From positions 12,640 to 76,639 of the forward strand of contig JAUCBJ010004610.1 of the NCBI GenBank assembly GCA_032718475.1: DNA of 64,000 nucleotides, in the 5' to 3' direction. Position 1 is the stretch's first letter, and each line of letters opens with the position of its first letter. This document shows positions 46,005 through 58,678 of this stretch, piece by piece. The stretch comes from Nemertoderma westbladi (taxonomy: Eukaryota; Animalia; Xenacoelomorpha). The notes under the pieces were generated by a model, which worked only from the letters and a program-made list of their open reading frames with translations, searched no databases and was not told where the DNA came from. The position numbers and the translations under genes are program-made.

Positions 46005-48990
46005 TTTGTTTGTACTATTTTACTTAATATTTAAATATTATATTTGTGATAAGATGTATTTATAGATTCTCATAAACTTTTAAAAAATGTGCTGTAATTT
46101 TAATTTATAGAGTAAGAAGTGATAGCAGAGCCAGAAGTGATTGCAAAGCAAGTTAACTCAAGATTATATAAGTCAATACTTGTATTTATTATACTAATTT
46201 AAGTCACATTGTGCAGTACATTGCATTATTCAAGTGACTGTCTGACTATGAGATATAATTATCCAACATGACAAAGAAGTATTATACTTTCCATGCTGCT
46301 GCTTATATAAGACGATACCGGTATTTTATATACTAATTTAAAACACACTGTGCTGTGAAGTACATCGCATTATTCCAGTATCCAGTAGTGACTGTCTGAC
46401 TGTGAGGTATAATTCTCCAACATGACAATGAATCATTATACTTTCCATGCTGCTCCTTTATAGTGGAATTGGCAGGTACAACCTACGCAATTAGCCAATC
46501 ACAAAGCTCATGCATTAACAACCGCAATATTACAGAGCCATTGAGATTGGCTAAATGAAACCAGATAAGAATAGTGAGTAGAGTAGATGATGGTGTCATG
46601 GCACTCAGAGAACCTGCAAACAGCCTAAAAGTCAAAATATCGTAAAATTCTGCTGGTCAACTTTTTTGATTTCTCATAAAAGTAGCAGATGGTAGCAGCT
46701 AATTTTTGATGTTTTTCAACCATGAATGATCGAGTAACAAAATCTGATACAAATTTTTGCGGAGCTCAGCGGAGCTTTTTTTCCCTGGCTTCCTAAAATT
46801 TAAAATTATCACATTTTGTAAATATTTTAGAACATTTTACAATATAAATTTTAAACTATTGCCCCTACCAACTCGATTGTGTCATTTTTGGAATCTACTG
46901 GAAGAGTAGAACATTTTGAAAAAAAAAATTTTTCAATTTGAATAAAATGTTTTGATTTTATTGGAAAAATATTTATTTTGTGTATAAAATGTGAAAATTG
47001 TGCAAAAAATTCTAGAATTTTGAAATTTTTGCCAAAATCAGAAAATTTTGAAATAAAAAAATTTTTTTTTTGCTTTTTTTTAGTCAATATATATATCACC
47101 TTTAACTTGGGATGCCAAAAAAAAAAAATTTGAAAACATTATTTTTTTTGAGTTTTGACCACCTCTGGCCCACTGTGAAGTGGATGGGTCAGCAATGGGC
47201 CCATCATACTCTTGCTCTTACACAGACATTTTTGGTGCTGAATATATTGATACAGCAGTCCGAACTTCACCAAAGCCTCCAGAAGAATGGAAACGATTTA
47301 GAGATGATGGAATAGCTATTACACTTGAACAAGAAGATGAAGATATCGGTATTCTGATTGACCACCTCAACAATACCGTTAAACCTGGGAAAATAAAGTT
47401 TAAATTAGAAGAATATGGAAGGAAAATTAATTACTTAGATTTAACTATATTTTTTGATGACAATGGAATACTTCAAACAAAAATATACCACAAACCAACA
47501 GACGTCCATCAATATATATGTCCGCACTCAGCCCATCCGCACAGTCAACTTAAACACGTTCCATATGGGGTTGCCCTACGATTGAGGCGTACCAATTCAC
47601 GAATGGAGGATTTAATGCAAGCACTTTATGAATATGGAGCAGCATTCATTGCTAGGGGTTGGAGAATGGCCGATGTTACTACACAATTTGCAGCGGCAGC
47701 TATTCAGACACAGTTAGAATCTCTACAAAATGATAAAAAAACGAAATAAAAGTAAATATACCATATTTTATGTTAGTAACACTGAACCTATATTAGGATC
47801 AATACAAAAGATAGTAGACAAACATACACCTATTCTAAGAACAGACATCAGGACCAAGCAACTCATTGACTCATAAAATAGTAAATATTAACCGTAGGGC
47901 CCCTACGCTAAAGGGAATTTTAGCTCCATCCAGTTTAACATCAAAGCAGAAGAACCAGGCAAATACAACACAGGCTGGATCTAAAAAATGTACAAGACAG
48001 AAATGTATACCATGTGAAGCGATAAAACCAACAAAACAATTCGGATTAACCTCGACCCGTTTGAAAACTAAATATGAAATTAAACAGCGCCTTACCTGTG
48101 ATGACAAAGATATAATATATTTAGCAAAATGTAAAATATGTAACTTACAAGGAATCGGATCAACTGAAACATTTAAACCAAGGCTATCACAATATAAGTC
48201 TAATATAAAGAATCATAAGCCACAAACGACTATAGAGAAACATTTTTGTAAAAATGAAAACCATGATTTTTCGCATTTCGAAATAACACCCATTGAAAAG
48301 GTCCATTACAAAGGCAGGGGAAAGAAAGATCAGCGACGGGAGATCCATACAAGGGAAGGATACTGGCAGTGCACCTTAAGAACAATCAAGCCATTTGGTC
48401 TCAACACTATAAATGAAGCGGTTTGCAATAATTTCGGCTAAGCCGTATTTAATCCAGATCAGAGAACTCATTATGTAGACTAATTTACTGTAGACGCTTA
48501 ATTTTCATGGAAACTGTAATGAATTAGCTATTTATTTATTTAATTATTTAAATCACTTGAAAAATAAATATTATATTATTTCGAAAGCTTGTGTAATTTC
48601 TTATAATTTTTATTTAACGTGGTTGATCTTGGTTTCCTTACAATTATATTTATATATTTATATATATGGCCATATATATACATACGATGGGTGTATCAGA
48701 GGTTGATTTTGATGCCCTGCCGAAAACAGGAAACATGGGGAACACGAATCGAGACTATCAGACAGATAGTCACCTATCAGACACCTGATACTGGCTCCAG
48801 AAGTCGAGGAAATACAGCCAAGTACCTAACTGATCTACACCTTTTCAAGATGTAATTCCGAAAGTGTAATATGTATTTCTGAACTGTAATAAGAATAAAA
48901 ATAGAATCATAATAATGCCTTAATGGCCAGGTGTACACTACAGTAGAATACTACTATTACTGTACTGGGCCTACTGTAAGTGTCACTGTC

Positions 48991-49940
48991 ATGGTTGAAT
49001 TGAATTTTATTAAGAGCGGGGAACTGATTGAGACTGAGGAGCGTGCTATTGAGTTTGCACAAAGCTGGTGCTTCTCCTCTGTACTCTACAACCAAATGGG
49101 CAACCAACCCTATGTATTTGTCCTTTTCCGGGTTGTAATGCCCAATCCAAAATTACACTGGTGAAGGACAGGGGATTCATGCGGCTTGTTTGGCATTGCT
49201 CTCGTAATAAGCACAAATTAACTGCACATTCTGGAACATTGTTTGGGAAGAGTCGGTTAGAGTTTTGGCAGATTCTGGCCATTTCGTATTCGTTTGCTCT
49301 CAATGTTCGAATGCGTACTGCACAGCACATCTGTTGCTCGTCAACATTGTTAGGGTGCAAGGCAATGGATTTCTTGTTGACTGGTGCAATTTTATTACAG
49401 AATTAATGTACCAGGTGGTGCAATTTTATTGGAGAATTAATGTACCAGGATCAAGAGGTTTCACAGCCAATGGGTGGACCTACACATATTGTCCAAATCG
49501 ATGAGACACTATTATGGTGGGGGAAAAAAATGGTATGGAAGCATGGTATGGAAACGCCCAGATGATAAAGCCGCTCTACCACGTTTTGCAACGTGATGCA
49601 GAAACATGGAGAAGCATGTTACTGGTGGAACCAAAATACAGTCCAATGAAAATACGGTCTGCATATTGTGATGTGAATGTTGGCATAACAAATGCTACCA
49701 ACTCATGGTCTGCTCCGACTGGTCTGACCAATGGAACAGGGACCTACATACATGAAACCGTCAACCATTCGGTTGAGTGGGTGAGTGCGACATGCACCCA
49801 CAGCCCACACTCAACGTATAGAGTTAATGTTGGGTTATCCACAATAAGAAATGTACAACACTGCAACTTATTGCTGGCCACCTGGCAGAATTTTGGTGGA
49901 GACTTTTAAATCGCGTCCAACCTTTCTCGAATCTCCTTTT
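48991..49940 (+). pseudogene. Merlin/IS1595-like transposase, decayed
   Basis: GTLFGKSRL, VDWCNF, MGGPTHIVQIDET, HETVNHS motifs spread over several frames. Confidence 0.75.
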
Positions 49941-50714
49941 CAAACGTTACTACCCTTTCTGAATGTCTATACGACCTGACCTAACCAACCCAAAGGCCTT
50001 TTTCAGGGCCACCATGCTGGCATGTGAAATAAAACAACCGCACCATATCGCAATGCAACAGTTTTATTAGCTTGCCATATAGATTAGGCATACATTAAAC
50101 TATAGTAATACAATTTCCTTCAAATAACTTAATTAGGAGCCCGCTCGACACCATGATACTTACTGTAAAACTCTCAGGTCATATAACACTGACTTGACTC
50201 GCTGATAATAATCCAGAGTACAGATCGATGAGGTTGCCAATATTTATGTACTTAGTTCAACCATACTGTTTGTTTAGGCCCTACCACTCTCTGGCAAAGT
50301 TGAATTTATCCATAGACTACATTACTGTGTGTTTAATATTTCACACAGCTGCTGGCCTTCACACTCGACCCAAAGAGAATTTGTAATGTTATCCAAACCA
50401 GGTGAATGAACACTGAACAGTCTGTTAAGTACTATTGCACTGTAATCTCATCTAACAATAATTGTTTTATTTTGAATAGATAACAGGCATCCTCTACCCA
50501 ACCCTACAATTAATTCTCAAAATACAAACATAGACATCAAATCTTTTTAAATATACTTTTTCCATGTTTCGGACCAAAAATGTTTTAATTTTTTTTTCTT
50601 AACCACTACTGCCAATCGATTCCCTTGCAAAAATAATGCAAACAATTTTTTTTCAACATTTTATGTTTGCTGAATTTTTTGGCAACTGGGGGGAGGGGGG
50701 CAATTTTTTTCAAT

Positions 50715-50885
50715 CCGCTATAACTCCGGAACGCTTGGTCCAAATTTGATGGGGTTATTATTTCTCAACTTAATTCGATGTCCTCTTTCAGCCTATCCAT
50801 GTTTCGAAACCCCAAACATCGCCATTCAAAAATTAAGTTTTCCTAGTTCTAGACCAATTTCAAAAAAGTTGCAGTATTTTATTAA
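50715..50885 (+). repeat. ~170-bp dispersed repeat, near-identical copy at 60854-61024
   Basis: ccgctataactccggaacgc...gcagtattttattaa occurs at both sites. Confidence 0.9.
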
Positions 50886-51933
50886 TAACTGACAATGGGG
50901 ATTACAAATTGATTTGCAGTAACCTATCAACTGTAGGGTATTCGAATCATTTTCAGGCTTTTGAAGTTGAACAGTTTGATTCTCTGTTTGTGGTTGATTC
51001 TGTAGATTCACTGATTACTCCGTGGCCATTACAAATGCATCTACGTTGCCAAAAACTTTTCATACCGTTGCGACACTGCATCTAAATTACATTGTTCTCT
51101 GTTCTCTCATCTGCGTATTTCTCACTCTACCTATATATATTATAAACTTCAATTATTTTTTATGGTCTTATAAGCCTATATAAATATATTAATTGGTTTA
51201 CTTACTGCTTGCTTTTTCTGAAATATGAAAGATATTCATGGTTTTGTTCGTAGTTATTGCAAGGAGTGCTCTGAGAATGAGTGTCCTGAGTACTATACTC
51301 CCGACGACCCAGGTAAACCCCAAAATTGTACTTATTGTGGTTGTCCACCAGTAAAACATAATAAGGTGGTTCCTGTTGACAATGAAGTTATAGAAGAACG
51401 CTACGACACTGGTGCTGTAAATTCATCGTCAGTGGTGACTGAGAGTGATGTTAGTAAAGATGCCCAACAGGAACATAATAACTAACTAACTAACTATAAT
51501 TAACTAATTTATAAGTACGAAGAAAGTTAGCACAGAGGTAGACTTGGGACAAAAACGTGTGTTTTAAAAAAATGGACGACCACAAGCCAATAAAATGACA
51601 ATAATGAAACCAGAAAACCATAAGACTATAAAATTATCAATGAGACGCTAATAAAATGCAGAAATAACGTAATGGATTTGATCTAAAACAGATGAAAACA
51701 AAATAGATATTTAAAAACAATTAACTACTATTAAAAAGCAGACAAAAGAACTGGAGACAGACTGACAGACAGGCCAAGAAAATGACAAGATTAACAAATA
51801 ACCTTGGGCATAATAAGTGAATGTTAAAATTTAAAAGCAGTGGAGACAAAATTCATCTCCAAACTCCTCAACACAGGCTTTGTGATACCAGCAGAGACAG
51901 TATTCACATTCTATCCACTCCACCACATCATCT

Positions 51934-52155
51934 TCATTCAAGCAATTTAGGACCAGATAATGATGTTACGTGTGGCAGGAAAACCTTTTCAAACCACATC
52001 TCGAACATTCGCGAGTTGAACCACCCACTTTCTGATGTCTCAAAAGCAGTCCCAGGAGGCCCACCTTCAGTCCAGCCTTCATACAGATTGGCAGCCTTGT
52101 ATACCACCATAGGAGGGAGCATTGTTCCAGCTGCAGACCCACACCACATTACCAA
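51934..52155 (-). pseudogene. pogo-type (DDE_1) transposase fragment
   Basis: CGSAAGTMLPPMVVYK...SESGWFN...FEMWF...PKLL. Confidence 0.8.
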
Positions 52156-53719
52156 GATGTTCGTCTTCGAATTTAATTAATCTAAATTTAAACAAGGGTT
52201 CCGAAATTGATTGAATTAAAGTATAAAAATAGGCCACAATAATGGATACTGGATAATGGATAATAATACATGCAGATTAAAAGGTAAGTAGACTATAGAT
52301 AACAAATTTGTTGGACATCGTCGCTAGATCAGTTAATATGGTTCGAAAAATAGACATCTGTTTTGAACACCGCTAGATCCACTGGTACAATATTGGCTTA
52401 TAGCCATGAAAATGGAATTATAAATTATAAAATGATGTATAATAGAGATACACCAGATATCTAAGGTAAGTTGAAATACTCTAATATACAAGAACAGAGC
52501 CCCCGAACAGCTGTTTTTTCTTTGTTTTTTTTTTTTTTTTTTGTTTTTTGTTTTTTTTTTTTTTGTTTTTTTTTTAGTTTTTTTTTTAGTTTTTTTTTTT
52601 TTTTTTCTCCACCCTGTTCTATTTCCATGCACCAACATACTACTAAAACTAATTAATTATTATCACAATTATATTTGTAGATAATCCATATTTCAATGTT
52701 TAATCAATTGTAAAGCTATATCGAAATTGATGATTGGAATCAATTATTATTTTTTATCAATATTATATCTAGCAGAGCATAGATCACTTAATCAATGTCA
52801 ATGCATGTTTATATCATATAATGCATATTGGTACTATTTCAGTATTTTCTCTATTGCCATGTAAGATGATGTAGTATATACTGATTGATTTTTTATTGGT
52901 ACAGAGCCATCAGTAATTTTTGTACTACACATATTACCTTATACAACATCTGAAATGTTCAGAAGGGGAGTAACATATATAATGTATAATTATATGAATT
53001 CTTAAGTCAGTAGTTATCGTATTTATTTTCCGACCAATAATTAGGCCTTACCTCCATACTGAGTTTGTCCCAACCATGGTGCAGTTACAGTGAATTGAAG
53101 GAAATACAACCAAGGCAATCTATCCACTTCCAAACATACCAGCCAAGCTATTTCTCTCCGATGTTATCATCATAGCATCATGCATGTGATAATCACAATA
53201 CAGACAAATAAACAAAAATGCAAATAAACACAAAAAACGAAAACAAACAACAATCAAGGAGAAGCAAACATGGAAACATATTAATACGAACAAATAGGAA
53301 CAATATTAACAGCCTTTACAAGGCAACATAAAAACCACAATAAAATTTCTTCCTGACGGGATAGTGTCCAGCCTCAATAGGGCGGGATTTCCAGTCTTGA
53401 TAGGCGGGATAATACGGAGGGTTATCCAGCCTCATTAGGGTAGAGTTATCAGTCGCAATAGAGTGGTACAGTTTAAGCCAAGGCACAATATTATAAAACA
53501 ATTCCCCCAGGCGGGAAAATTCCTACCTGAATAGAATTGAAAAAATATTATAACCTTGAAAAAGACTGCCTTTCTAAAGCGACATACTAACTAAACTCTA
53601 TTAGGTGGGTTATCCAGCCTCAATAGGGCGGGATGTTCTGTCCAGCCTCAATCACAAGCATTATAAAGGCAAACTTTGTAAGGATTCTTACTTGCTTCTT
53701 GCAAGCCTTCTTAAAAGAA

Positions 53720-53975
53720 AAACGTAAAAAAGACAAAAATAAAAAGACAAAAGTAAAATAACTTATGTCAAAAGACAAAAGTCAAAAGACAAAAATCAAA
53801 AGACAAAAGTCAAATCACAAAAGTCCAAAGACAAACGTCAAAATACAAATGATAAAAGTCATAAGACAAAGTCAAACAACAAAAGTCAAAAGACGAAAGT
53901 AAATAGACAAAAGTCAAAAGATAAAAGTCAAAAGACAAAAGTAAAAAAAATTTTAAAATAAAAAGACAAAAAAAA
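53720..53975. repeat. Low-complexity (aaaagac/aaaagtc)n 7-mer repeat
   Basis: Directly visible periodicity. Confidence 0.85.
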
Positions 53976-54198
53976 GGTGAAGAATAAAAAAATATAATAA
54001 CCTTGATAAAGCTTGCATTTATAAGGCAGAACTCTTAATTTTAAGTCTGAACAAGATGGGTAGGGTAAGTTTTGAAGGTTGCAAGTTTGGCATAGCTGCA
54101 TAAGCTTAGGTACATTGCACATTGACATAGTAGTAGAAGAAGAAGAAGAAACGGTAATCTATTGGGATCTCGGCCTGCAAATCATCTTGAATGAACTC

Positions 54199-56157
54199 CT
54201 AGCATTGAACCATGGTGAGTTCAAAATGCTTTGCATTTCCATCTGCATCAATATAGACATCGGCATTATATTGACGCACAATCTCAATACCCATAGCGTA
54301 TTCCTGATCTCGTCCTTTAGTCATATCCCCACCTGCAGGACCTGTCTCAGCTATGTCATGCCATCTAGTCTCAAATCTCTGACGGTTATCTGTATTGAGC
54401 TTACTCTTGGTATCACCAGGAAACCCGTATACGAAAGCATACAGAGAGCATGGATGTAAAACAGGATTCTTTGTAAACTCCGAACCTGTTTTATTTTGAT
54501 GACTCTGCAGTCTAACCTTCAGGTTCTGAGTTTCACCAGTGTAATTCACATTAGGCAACCGAATGCTGATGAGCATATACACAAATCCAATTTGTGCACC
54601 AGGGATTTCCCTAAAGAAGGGTCTGAATGGATGATAATGGAACATGATAGGTTCCGGAGGGGCCCCAAGAAGAATATTAAGACGTCTTAATAAATGGTCT
54701 ATATAATCTTGATTTGGAGATTTCTTGCGAAGCAAGATACAGATACAATTGAAGGCTTCATCCATATTACCAACAATTGTAGATGTGCAGAGATATCGTA
54801 CCCTTGATATTAAGGTTGTTATCTGGGTTTTTAGCCATAGCTTATACTTACTCTTGGCATCAGATGAGATCTGCGTCGCTAAACTTGGAGCATCTTGACC
54901 TTGTATGGCATGTACTGTCCCAGCTCCAAAGTAGCGCACAGGAAACTGTATCCGCCTGCCAAGAAGACTACTTCCAAAACCTGTAGAAGTTGGTGCACTT
55001 GGCCATTGCTTAACTCTAGCCACGGGCCAGGTGTCCTCAACCTCTTCAATGCGACGACAACCTTTTGGAACAACAGCCAATTCCAAGAAATCATCACAAT
55101 CAGCAGGTACTGATTTGACAACAGACAATTGACCATTGGAAAATTGAGGTTGCCCAGAAAGCTGATTGTATGTAAACCGAAGGATCTGGTTTAGAAATAA
55201 AACCAAATCCATAGGTTCTCGACAAGATCTCGTTATTGAACTGATAATGCTGGGCGTGTTTGTAGTCTTCCATGAGCTAGTATTTGAGGCAGTAGCACTA
55301 ACCTCATCATGGCCACGTATTACTACTGTCCCAGGCTCGTTCCTATGGAAGGATAGATACTTCTCCAGTACTTCTTGCTCTGCAGCTCTAGTGCCAACAA
55401 CCTTCAAGACATCATCTGGAACATCATCCCAGCTATCGACAAAGTTACACCACTGCTTCAATATTGAAATCACTTCATCAATCTGGTTTGGAGATGGGTT
55501 GGAGCTTCGCATAATATCAATGACATGTTGCAATTCTTCGTCATTGGCACTGCGAACATAATGCCTTGCCACACAGACGGTGAATGTTGTCAAAAAGTGT
55601 GTACTCAGCCATACAACCCTACCATCTACAGGTTCTAATTGTAGATGATCACCATACCGAATGAAGAGTTTCCCACCAAAGGGTCTCTGTGTGTTACAGA
55701 TTCGGCGTAATACCAAGTCTATAGCTGCGAGATACTCACAAGAGAGCATTCCACTTTCCTCAAAGAATATAACATTTAATCTTTGGAGATAAGCGAGTTT
55801 AGAGGGATTCTTTGCCAGGGCTAATAAGCAATCCTGGGCTAAACAAGTGCTAGTTAATGTACATGAACCCTTATTTACATTGAATGGCATCAGTAGATGA
55901 AGATGTTCACCACCAAGCAATCTAGCTCTCTCGCTGGTAATGGCAGTAAGTTGCATATTTAAACCACGAGAAAGGCTATATGCCAGTCCCATTAACATAA
56001 CGTGTGTCTTGCCAACACCAGGTGCACCAACCAACCATGGGGATTTTACGAATGTTGATGATGGATGACAATATGAATCAACAGCATTCACCAATACTTG
56101 TAATATACTCTTCTGTTCAGTAACAGATTCCCCAGTTTGACCACGTGCTTTATCCAA
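54199..56157 (-). CDS. PIF1-family SF1 helicase fused to C-terminal GIY-YIG nuclease (probably a 5'-truncated Helitron-like ORF)
   Basis: GAPGVGKT, FFEESGML, PFGG...GDHLQLEPV, QFP...TVHAIQGQ, SRVR; then GFVYMLIS...NYTGETQNLKVRLQSH...FETRW. Starts on TTG; no Rep/HUH domain visible. Confidence 0.8.
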   Translation of the reverse strand: MDKARGQTGESVTEQKSILQVLVNAVDSYCHPSSTFVKSPWLVGAPGVGKTHVMLMGLAYSLSRGLNMQLTAITSERARLLGGEHLHLLMPFNVNKGSCTLTSTCLAQDCLLALAKNPSKLAYLQRLNVIFFEESGMLSCEYLAAIDLVLRRICNTQRPFGGKLFIRYGDHLQLEPVDGRVVWLSTHFLTTFTVCVARHYVRSANDEELQHVIDIMRSSNPSPNQIDEVISILKQWCNFVDSWDDVPDDVLKVVGTRAAEQEVLEKYLSFHRNEPGTVVIRGHDEVSATASNTSSWKTTNTPSIISSITRSCREPMDLVLFLNQILRFTYNQLSGQPQFSNGQLSVVKSVPADCDDFLELAVVPKGCRRIEEVEDTWPVARVKQWPSAPTSTGFGSSLLGRRIQFPVRYFGAGTVHAIQGQDAPSLATQISSDAKSKYKLWLKTQITTLISRVRYLCTSTIVGNMDEAFNCICILLRKKSPNQDYIDHLLRRLNILLGAPPEPIMFHYHPFRPFFREIPGAQIGFVYMLISIRLPNVNYTGETQNLKVRLQSHQNKTGSEFTKNPVLHPCSLYAFVYGFPGDTKSKLNTDNRQRFETRWHDIAETGPAGGDMTKGRDQEYAMGIEIVRQYNADVYIDADGNAKHFELTMVQC

Positions 56158-57359
56158 TAAAGGTTGCCCCTCTAGATGATGGGCACGTGTAGCGCATCCT
56201 CTAGAGGATGGGCACGCATGTAATAATAATAATTATTGTTGTAGATAAGTTTGTCAATTTCTATTACATATATTTTTATAACCAAATTAAGCAGAATTGC
56301 TTTTATTAAAAAAAATAATCATCAAAAAAAATAATGAATAATAATAAATCTCATTTATAAATATTGTATTTTTTAGATGATATTGAAGAAGGTGTGTGGG
56401 GGCAACTTGTGCCGAGGTTTAAAGGGGGCGGCCTGCCCCTGCTACCGGCGGGGGTTGGACCAGACATGGGTCATCAAAGGGGACATCCGCCTGCCAGCGA
56501 TTTGGGATGCGGAGAATAAGAAGGTGGAGCCCCACCCATTTTCATCGCGGTATTTTACCGCGATGTTTCTGAATAGACATCAACAAGGGGTAGGCATTTT
56601 AATATTCAAATTGATAATAAAATTTGCTAATTAAAAAATATAGGAAACCTTAACTAATCATTTACATACAGTACTTACACTATTGTACTTTTTAATTAAT
56701 TGATAGTAGCAATAATAAATTGAAGAACACCACGTTTGTAAGATATAAAAAATAGGCTACCAATTAAAGTCATACCAAAAACAATTATTCAACACCAAAA
56801 TAATTAAATGCTTTTTGGTGAGAGATATTCAAAATTGGGGAATGTAAATTGGTACTACAAAAAAATATATTTTGTGCTAACAATTTTTTTTGGTTTGAAA
56901 TCATCTAATTTGGGGTTGCAGTCAATTAGTTGCTTAAAAAAATGACATTCTCGTGAAAAAATTGTTACATTAAAAATAATATAATTATTGACATTTTATT
57001 AATTTTCGCAATATGCAAAAAACGTAATAATGGCTATATTATTATTAAAACGTAATAATGGCTATATTATTATTAAAACGTAATAATGGGATAATTTAGA
57101 TTACAAATTTACTTTAAATATTTTTATTTTAAATATTATTTAAATTTTCAGTCGAAAAATCTATCAGTGGACGAATACGAGGTCTGTGACTTCGTCCAGC
57201 ATCAGCTAGAGGCCTATGGAGATCGGGGGTGGCAGGTATTTGGGTGGGCTAAGTCCGCTGCCACTCCCGATGGGGTGCTGGAGCCAGCCCGCCTCCATGT
57301 TACACGTGTTATCCCACAGCACGACGACCATATCCTTTGATCTGTTTGGTGGGAACGTC

Positions 57360-57590
57360 AGGGGCGGTGTTGCGGGCGGAGTCATGGGCGGTGTCGAGGG
57401 CGGATTCGCGGACAGAGTCGCGAACAGAGTCGCGGGCGGAGTTGCGGGTAGAGACAGGGTCAAAGTCGCGGGCCGAGACGGGGCAGGAGTCGCGGGCGGA
57501 GATGGGGACGGAGTCGTGGGCTAAGACGGGGCAGGAGTCACGGGCGGAGATGGGGCCGGAGTCGTGGGCGGAGACGGGGCCGGAGTCAAT
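57360..57590. repeat. GC-rich 12/24-bp minisatellite
   Basis: ggagtcgcgggc / ggagacggggc alternating units. Confidence 0.8.
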
Positions 57591-58606
57591 TATTGATCAT
57601 ACTTACTTGGAAAGACATTGGCACATTATAGTTTGTCAATTAAGTGCTAAAGTTAGTGTTTCCAGCCTATATAATTCGTAAGTCATTGGACTTAAGTGCC
57701 GCCGTTAAGAAAAACTTAACATTACAAAAAGATTCCTTAAGGGGGCGGTACACCACCTAAGCGCATTTTTTACAAAAATCATTGTCGTGTGCTTCAACAT
57801 TGTCAAGTATTTTCGAAAATTGGCACAATTAGAGTTGGGTTGTAGATACAACTTTTGGCAAAAAAATTTTTTCGAATTAACTATTTATAATAATTTAATA
57901 ATAGTTAATATTAATAAATATTGACTATATTACAAAACCTATCTACATATTAATTTATAATTATTTTCGCTCGAAATTTGGTGTGCATATTCTCCAAGTC
58001 ATGATAAACAGAAATTGTGGTCAAATTTTTAAAATTTTGTTTTGATCTTTTTTTATAGCCAATCAAAAATTACTTTTCATTTTGAACGAAAAAATCACGA
58101 AATTTCGACATTTAACATTGAATAAAAAACGAACGAAGCTAAAAAAAAAAAATTTGACCACAATTTCTAAAGAGTGCGTCGGTCTGGAGATACTTTCCAA
58201 ATTTCAGCTCAATTCATTGAAAATTGGCGGACTAGATACATTTTTGAGGTCAAAAAATGACATTCTGAGAAAAATGAGGTTAAAGTTTTAAAAGTAATAT
58301 AGATATTTAATATCATACAGTTGCTTGTCCATGGTGGCGTACAGGATTGTCTGTGGATTCTGTATTTTTATACAGACTGTGGCAGAAGACTAGACAACAT
58401 GTCAACAACATGTACATGTACAACATGGACAATATGTAACTTGAGTAGAAATAAAGGAGCAGAAAGTTGTATTCTCTTTCTATGTCTGTCTGTCAGTCTG
58501 TCATGGCCGAATGAATGTACGTACTGGCTACTAGAAGTACAATCAAAATCTTCGATTAGTGCATAGAGATTCATTTATAACTACAGAATTTTCCTTCGAC
58601 TCTCAC

Positions 58607-58678
58607 GCCTTGATAGTATAGTGGTTAGTACTTTGCATTGTGGCCGCAAAAACCCCGGCTCGAATCCGGGTCCAGGCA
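58607..58678 (+). tRNA. tRNA-His(GTG)-like gene or pseudogene
   Basis: 72 nt, closely follows the eukaryotic tRNA-His pattern; A box tagtggtta, GTG anticodon, T stem CCCGG/CCGGG; T6 run at 58681; one mismatch each in acceptor and anticodon stems and CTCGA instead of TTCGA. Confidence 0.8.

Larger units (their letters stand above)
42569..47177 (-). mobile_element. Full-length Transib DNA transposon
   Basis: TIRs begin CACAGTGGGCCAGA at both ends; 5-bp TSD aagtg at 42564-42568 and 47178-47182. Confidence 0.95.
37801..48790 (+). mobile_element. Penelope-like element (RT + GIY-YIG), split by CRE and Transib insertions
   Basis: Segments 37801-38650 (QDKG, VKTHK, PLRNI, YLKDT), 42299-42568 (VDITNFFPSV, YTQV), 47178-48441 (GSAMG, RFRDD, YHKPTD, IIYLAKC...GIGST, PFGLN); removing the Transib rejoins HYTQV|DGSAMG. 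Confidence 0.88.

Noticed and set aside
52333-52656. Lys-rich and Phe-rich ORFs
   Set aside because: Translations of a poly-T tract.
57206-57681. Pro- or Gly-rich ORFs
   Set aside because: Products of a GC-rich minisatellite; no domain evidence.
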